In this document: positions 7,567-12,056 of the stretch, in pieces
How positions within the stretch are numbered: the first letter of the stretch is position 1
Layout of the letters: every line of letters begins with the position of its first letter
NCBI GenBank assembly: GCA_031367385.1
Contig: JANLPS010000122.1
Coordinates: 1 to 12,056, forward strand
From: Archangium sp.
GTDB taxonomy: Bacteria; Myxococcota; Myxococcia; Myxococcales; Myxococcaceae
Length of the DNA stretch: 12,056 bases
Reading direction: 5' to 3'
Notes under the pieces: model-generated
Database searches by the model: none
Told to the model about the DNA's origin: nothing
The model's input: only the letters and a program-made list of their open reading frames with translations
Made by a program: the position numbers and the translations under genes

Positions 7567-9638
7567 TACAGGCTGAACGAGGTCAATGTCGGGGTGAAGT
7601 CGAGACCCTTGCCCGTGTCGCCCGAGCTGTTCGACAAGTCGATGATGCGCACTTCATACGCGCCAGCGAGCTTCTCGCCGTAGAACGCGTTGGTGTGCAT
7701 GCGAAACTGCTGCATGCCCGCGGCAGGAATCTGGTTCGTCTTGCCACCCGCGTAGAACGAGGTGAAGGCCGGCAAGAGAATCGACCGAGTACCGGTCATC
7801 ACGTTGCGAATTTCGAACTGCAACTGACCGGGGTTCACCGCGACTCCGGTGTTGTTCACCACCGTGAGGTCGACGCGAATCGGGCCCGAGGTCGCCGCCG
7901 GGTCAGCAAACGTAGCGGTCGCGGTGTTCACGCCGGCGCCATTGAGTTTGCTGGTCGCAGAAGCGGCCCCCGCTGCCGTGAGGCCGGTCGTACGACGGCC
8001 AGCAGGAGTCGCAAACCCAACCGACATCTTCACCGCCGCATCGGCATCGATGAGCCCAAAGCCGTACCGGTTTTGAAAGTTGAAGCCAGCGCCGTTGGTG
8101 ATCCACGGCAGGTCCAACGCCCAGGCGACGGCTGCGCCAGTTGCGGTGAACGTGGGCGCGTTGGCGGTCGTATTCGAATAGTCGGCGTCAACTTTGCGCG
8201 CGGTCTTGGCCAAGATGAACCCAACGTCTTGCCAGGTCAGTGCAGGGTTCGCTTCGAGCATCAATGCAGCGATGCCTGACACTGACGGAGTCGCCGCCGA
8301 GGTGCCGTTGAAGCGCCCGGTGTAGTTGCAGTTCGGGTCGATGGTGCCCGCGCCGAACGTGTCGGCAACCAACGCGCTGATGCCTGCTCCAAGCTCGGTC
8401 ATGAGCGCCGCTTTGTTCGCAAGGTTGTTGGTGCCGCTGTCGCAGCCGGTGTTGTCGATGGTGACGATGGCCGCCTCAGTCGTACCGTATTCGCCGCCGA
8501 AACCGGTGACCCACGAAGCCGATGAGGCGCTCGAGTAAGACGACGCCTTGCCGGTGTTGTGAATCGAGGCCACTTGGTAGAAGTACGGCTTGTTATTTGG
8601 GTCTTGATTCGCGCTACCGCAAGTGATCGAGGCCGCGTTCGCGATCGTGCCGCCGAGCAACGCAGCATCAGCCGCGAGCACTTCAGCGCAGGTCACCTGG
8701 TTGGTGGTGTTGTTGGGCAGCGCGCCTTTCTGCGCTTGAAACTCGTTACCCGTCGCTTGAAAGTAGATGGCGCCCTTGCCGCCGCGCAACGTCTTCGTGC
8801 CCTCTTTCGCAGCCAAGGTTTGCTCATCGGTGTCGCTCACGGCAGTCGGTGCGCCGTAGTCTGCACCTGCGCTGTAGTTGAAGACGCCAACGCCATCTGC
8901 GCGCGCGCCGAACGTCGCCACGACGGCTTCGGTGCCAGCGAGCGTCTTTGCGCCGAACGAAAGGTACGTCATCGCCGCATCAGAGGTGCCCGCCATCTTG
9001 GTCACGCCGACGGTGGGGTAGCCGACCACTGAAGCCAAGGGCCCCGTGCCGCGCGAGCCCTTCCCGTTCCACCCGCGGCTGGCTGCGACGCCGCCAACGT
9101 TGGTGCCGTGGTCGCCGCTCGCTTGCGCGGCTGCAGGGCTCGGGTCATCAGAGTTGTTCGCGAAGTTGAACGATTTGCCGGCGACGACATTGTCTTTCAA
9201 ATCTTCGTGGCCAATCTCCAAGGCGCTGTCGACGATGGCGATGGTGACGCCGAGACCAGTGCACCCCTTGCCTGCCTGGTGCGCTGCGTCGACCCGGGCA
9301 TCGATGCCAGCTTGTGCGCCCGCGTTGCCGACGGCCGAGACGACTTGCGCCGAGCCGGTGTTCTTGATCTGCCACGAGTTGACCGCGAGCGGGTCGTCAG
9401 CGCCGACCGTGTTGGCCATCTTGCCGTCGGCGCACGTGACGGTGAGGGCGCCACCGTCGACGTGGTGCAGGTCACCTGCGTCGGTGATGGTCGAGCCTGA
9501 GTCGGTCTGCCCTCCAGTCATGCCACTGTCGGTGGCAGCGCCTGCGTCGGCGTTGGTATCACCGCCACCGCATGCACCAAGAGTACAGACAGCAATCGCA
9601 GCCAAGCTCACGCGGAGCGCAGAGAATCGAAAAGCCAT
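7566..9638 (-). CDS. S8 family kexin-like serine protease lipoprotein with C-terminal P-domain-like region
   Basis: Lipobox LGA-C23; DPL..SWQIKNTG; triad D137 (AIVDSA), H177 (DHGTNVGG), S447 (NGTSAATP); oxyanion N298 (ATGNE); EANPALTWQDV, YGFGLIDA; P-domain-like GTRSILL...TNAFYGE...YEVRIID. Confidence 0.92.
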   Translation of the reverse strand: MAFRFSALRVSLAAIAVCTLGACGGGDTNADAGAATDSGMTGGQTDSGSTITDAGDLHHVDGGALTVTCADGKMANTVGADDPLAVNSWQIKNTGSAQVVSAVGNAGAQAGIDARVDAAHQAGKGCTGLGVTIAIVDSALEIGHEDLKDNVVAGKSFNFANNSDDPSPAAAQASGDHGTNVGGVAASRGWNGKGSRGTGPLASVVGYPTVGVTKMAGTSDAAMTYLSFGAKTLAGTEAVVATFGARADGVGVFNYSAGADYGAPTAVSDTDEQTLAAKEGTKTLRGGKGAIYFQATGNEFQAQKGALPNNTTNQVTCAEVLAADAALLGGTIANAASITCGSANQDPNNKPYFYQVASIHNTGKASSYSSASSASWVTGFGGEYGTTEAAIVTIDNTGCDSGTNNLANKAALMTELGAGISALVADTFGAGTIDPNCNYTGRFNGTSAATPSVSGIAALMLEANPALTWQDVGFILAKTARKVDADYSNTTANAPTFTATGAAVAWALDLPWITNGAGFNFQNRYGFGLIDADAAVKMSVGFATPAGRRTTGLTAAGAASATSKLNGAGVNTATATFADPAATSGPIRVDLTVVNNTGVAVNPGQLQFEIRNVMTGTRSILLPAFTSFYAGGKTNQIPAAGMQQFRMHTNAFYGEKLAGAYEVRIIDLSNSSGDTGKGLDFTPTLTSFSL

Positions 9639-9868
9639 GGGTATTTTGTTTCAGTCTGAACGACGGGTTGAGTGTTCGGGTCGGGGCTCGGGTTCGAAGG
9701 CCACCAAACCGTGGGGCAACCTTCGCACAGGTTTTCAAATGGTCGACTGAAATCAGAAAATTCAAAATCGGGAGATGGGCCGACCGTGAGCTGTGGCTTC
9801 GCGCACCAGCAGTGAGTGTGCACCATCATGAGGCGCAGCCAAACACGCACACGAGTGACGTGAAGGCG

Positions 9869-9905
9869 CGGGTGAGCGGCTCAAACGCAAAGGCGCCGCT
9901 CCCCG
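9869..9905 (-). terminator. GC-rich hairpin just downstream of the 9921..11540 gene (terminator or 3'-stabilising stem)
   Basis: cggg(t)gagcggc 9869-9880 pairs with gccgctc-cccg 9895-9905 (11 bp, one bulge, 14-nt loop), starting 16 nt after the stop; no U-tract. Confidence 0.4.
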
Positions 9906-9920
9906 GGCCCGACCTGAGGC

Positions 9921-11540
9921 TTACTGGTCGTCGCTGACCATGACGGTGCTGTCGACCGTGCCGTCGCCATCGGCATCGACGCCGACGCTCATCGGCATGC
10001 CGTTGCCGCTCCACTGGGCGTAGTCGAACGAGACGACCGCGGTGGCCGCGATCGAGTTGCCGGCGTGGGTGAACACGCTGGTGGCCGCGGTGTCGCGGCG
10101 CTCGACGCGAACGTCGTAGCTCGCCGTGCCGTCGTTCGCTTTGACCGACACCTTGAGCTTGCCGTGCGCCGCGTCGAGCTCGAGCTTCACTTCGACGCCT
10201 CCGGTCTCGGCCGCCGACTTCACCTCGAACAGATAGTCGGCGCCGTCAAACGACACACCGAGGTCAACCCGAGGCGTCTCGCTGGCGGTGGTCTTGTATG
10301 AAACCGACTCGGTGCCTGCCGAGAACGAAATGGTGTCTTTCTGAAGCGGGTGCACCAGCACGTCTTCGACTGAGAAGGCATACCCCGGAGCGGTGAGCGT
10401 CACGCTCGAAGTACCGGCGGTGGTCAGGGCCGTGCCGTCGAGCGTGATCGTCAACGGCACGTTCAACGGCAACCGGTAGGTCGGGTCGGCGACGCTGTTG
10501 TAGGTCAAGGGCGAGCGCTTGATCGGGCTGGTCGTCGCCTGGGGAATGGTGTTCACGAAGGCGCCTGCGACGAAGCCGAGCTGGTGGTTGGCGTTGTCGG
10601 TGATCAGCACGTGCGCATCGCCGTTCAACGACACTTCGCGAAAGCTGACCGCGGAGCCTTTGACGCTCTTGCCGTCGGCCGCCACGGTGCCGCAGGTGGG
10701 GCACGTCTGCTGAACCATTCGCTGGCTGTTCGGGGTGAGGGTCAAGGTGCCGGTGGTCGCGTCGCCGTCATAGGTGGCGCCCGGCTCGTTGGGGTTCGTG
10801 GCGGCAAAGTATTTCCACGTGTTCGCGGTCGGGTCGATCTCGAACTCCCGAATCTCGTTGGGGAAGTTGTTCTCGTAGACCTTGATGAATTGCTTGCCGC
10901 CGCGCTCCTCAGTGGAGATGGGCGTCACGGCGTGGCCGCCGCTCATGTCGCGCTTGTACAGGCCGATCGACCAGACTTCGCCGCCCGACGCGACCATCGT
11001 CGCGATTCGCGAGACGACCTCGGTGGGAGCAATCTTGCTCGCGCCCTTGGTCTCGGAGCTCTGGGTGGGGGCCGCCGCCTGCGTGGCCCACCAGTAAGCG
11101 ATCTCTCGCTGCAGCTTGGTGTTGTTGGCCAGCGTCAGCTGAAAGGCGGTCTCCGCGCCGAAGTCACTCGCCTTGAGGGTGTGGGCCGCGAACATACCGG
11201 CCAACACCGCCATGCCTTCGCAGTGCCCGCCGTTCATCGCGCCGTTGGTGGCCTCCATCCATTTCTGGGCGGCCGGGGTGAGCGCACACGAATCGGTGGT
11301 GAGGCTGCCGGCGCAGGCCGTGTCGCCGAACATGCGGCGCACCTCGACCTCGGTCAGATTCGTGATGCCGGGGGTGTTGGTGTAATTCTCGAAAGCGAAG
11401 CTGTGGGTCTTGTGCACGAAGACAAAGCCGCCGTCGACGCCGCCGGTGATGACCCCACCGTCGGTGGTCGTGGTGACAGGGCCACCGGGGCACGCAGCGA
11501 GATTAAGACCAACCACTCCAGCAACAAAGGATTTTTTCAT
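9921..11540 (-). CDS. Uncharacterised lipoprotein, putative papain/transglutaminase-like cysteine hydrolase domain plus beta-rich C-terminal region
   Basis: MKK + hydrophobic stretch + LAA-C17; FAFENY; GGHC107EGMA; GGH203AVTP; KVYE223NNFP; CPTC; beta-strand-rich C-half; terminal DADGDGTVD motif; strong GC3 bias in this frame. Confidence 0.8.
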   Translation of the reverse strand: MKKSFVAGVVGLNLAACPGGPVTTTTDGGVITGGVDGGFVFVHKTHSFAFENYTNTPGITNLTEVEVRRMFGDTACAGSLTTDSCALTPAAQKWMEATNGAMNGGHCEGMAVLAGMFAAHTLKASDFGAETAFQLTLANNTKLQREIAYWWATQAAAPTQSSETKGASKIAPTEVVSRIATMVASGGEVWSIGLYKRDMSGGHAVTPISTEERGGKQFIKVYENNFPNEIREFEIDPTANTWKYFAATNPNEPGATYDGDATTGTLTLTPNSQRMVQQTCPTCGTVAADGKSVKGSAVSFREVSLNGDAHVLITDNANHQLGFVAGAFVNTIPQATTSPIKRSPLTYNSVADPTYRLPLNVPLTITLDGTALTTAGTSSVTLTAPGYAFSVEDVLVHPLQKDTISFSAGTESVSYKTTASETPRVDLGVSFDGADYLFEVKSAAETGGVEVKLELDAAHGKLKVSVKANDGTASYDVRVERRDTAATSVFTHAGNSIAATAVVSFDYAQWSGNGMPMSVGVDADGDGTVDSTVMVSDDQ

Positions 11541-11613
11541 TCTCCGCGGTTATCAGCAGAGAGAGGTGACGACCACCCATTTCGGCAGGTCACGAACGCC
11601 CCCGTTGTGTGTT

Positions 11614-11631
11614 GGGCGCTTGGTCGCGCCC
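11614..11631 (-). terminator. Short GC hairpin downstream of pth
   Basis: gggcgc-ttggtc-gcgccc (6-bp stem, 6-nt loop) about 28 nt after the pth stop; no U-tract. Confidence 0.25.
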
Positions 11632-11659
11632 GTCGCAGCTGCAACTGCAAAGAATGCGT

Positions 11660-12056
11660 TTACTTGCGATTGAACTTGTTCATCGCGACCTGCATGCCCA
11701 GCTGCGCCCACCACTCACAGCCCTCCATCGCCTTGCCGATGAACTCAGGCATCGCCGCGTTCTCTTCTTTCGAAAAGTCACCCAGCACATGGCCGACGAC
11801 CCGCTCTTTCGCGTTCGGCCCATCGGGCTTGCCGATGCCAAATCGCAAGCGGCCGTAGCTCTCTTCGCCCCACGACTCTCGAATCGAGTTGAGGCCGTTG
11901 TGCCCACCGGTACCGCCGCCGGCCTTGAGCGCCAGCTTGCCGAACGGCAAATCAAGCTCGTCGTGCACCACCAGCACCTCGGCCGCGGGTACCTTGTAGA
12001 ACCTCGCCGCCCCGCCGAGTGACTGCCCCGACAAGTTCATGAACGTCATCGGCTTG
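11660..12056 (-). CDS. pth: Aminoacyl-tRNA (peptidyl-tRNA) hydrolase, 5' end outside window
   Basis: [52 protein letters not shown]; the frame continues to the window edge, so ATG 12049 is internal. Confidence 0.97.
   Translation of the reverse strand, partial: KPMTFMNLSGQSLGGAARFYKVPAAEVLVVHDELDLPFGKLALKAGGGTGGHNGLNSIRESWGEESYGRLRFGIGKPDGPNAKERVVGHVLGDFSKEENAAMPEFIGKAMEGCEWWAQLGMQVAMNKFNRK

Noticed and set aside
7554..9750. + strand ORFs such as 7554..8279 and 9046..9750
   Set aside because: Shadows of the S8 protease gene.
9639..9920. Riboswitch, sRNA or small ORF in the intergenic region
   Set aside because: No consensus of a known family recognised by eye; the small ORFs overlap flanking genes and lack motifs. 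An Rfam scan would be needed to exclude an RNA element.
10584..11858. 424-aa + strand ORF
   Set aside because: Antisense to the Cys-triad lipoprotein and pth; Arg/Gly/Ala-rich shadow without motifs.
1..12056. CRISPR array, tRNA/rRNA, IS element, prophage or defence system
   Set aside because: No regularly spaced repeats, cloverleaf motifs, transposase/integrase or nuclease motifs were seen.

Overview
GC-rich bacterial window, probably Myxococcota (inferred from the HRDVSPHN-type Ser/Thr kinase with PEGA-like ectodomain and the DxG-rich lipoprotein linkers). Left to right: a truncated minus-strand lipoprotein with a Trp-rich carbohydrate-binding-like module (missed by the ORF track); marC translationally coupled to a Ppm1/DPM1-like GT2; a membrane Ser/Thr kinase whose 3' end overlaps lpxB; lpxB head-to-head with an msbA-like ABC exporter; an accessory block of envelope proteins; and the 3' part of pth. 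The most interesting element is a kexin-like S8 protease lipoprotein with no cis propeptide, coupled by a TAATG overlap to a membrane-anchored propeptide-like protein ending in KKSTR. This resembles the Aeromonas ASP/ORF2 external-chaperone system but with both partners apparently membrane-tethered. Upstream lies an uncharacterised lipoprotein with a putative papain-like Cys-His-Glu/Asn triad. No RNA genes, CRISPR arrays or mobile elements were recognised. All assignments come from reading motifs by eye; no searches were run.
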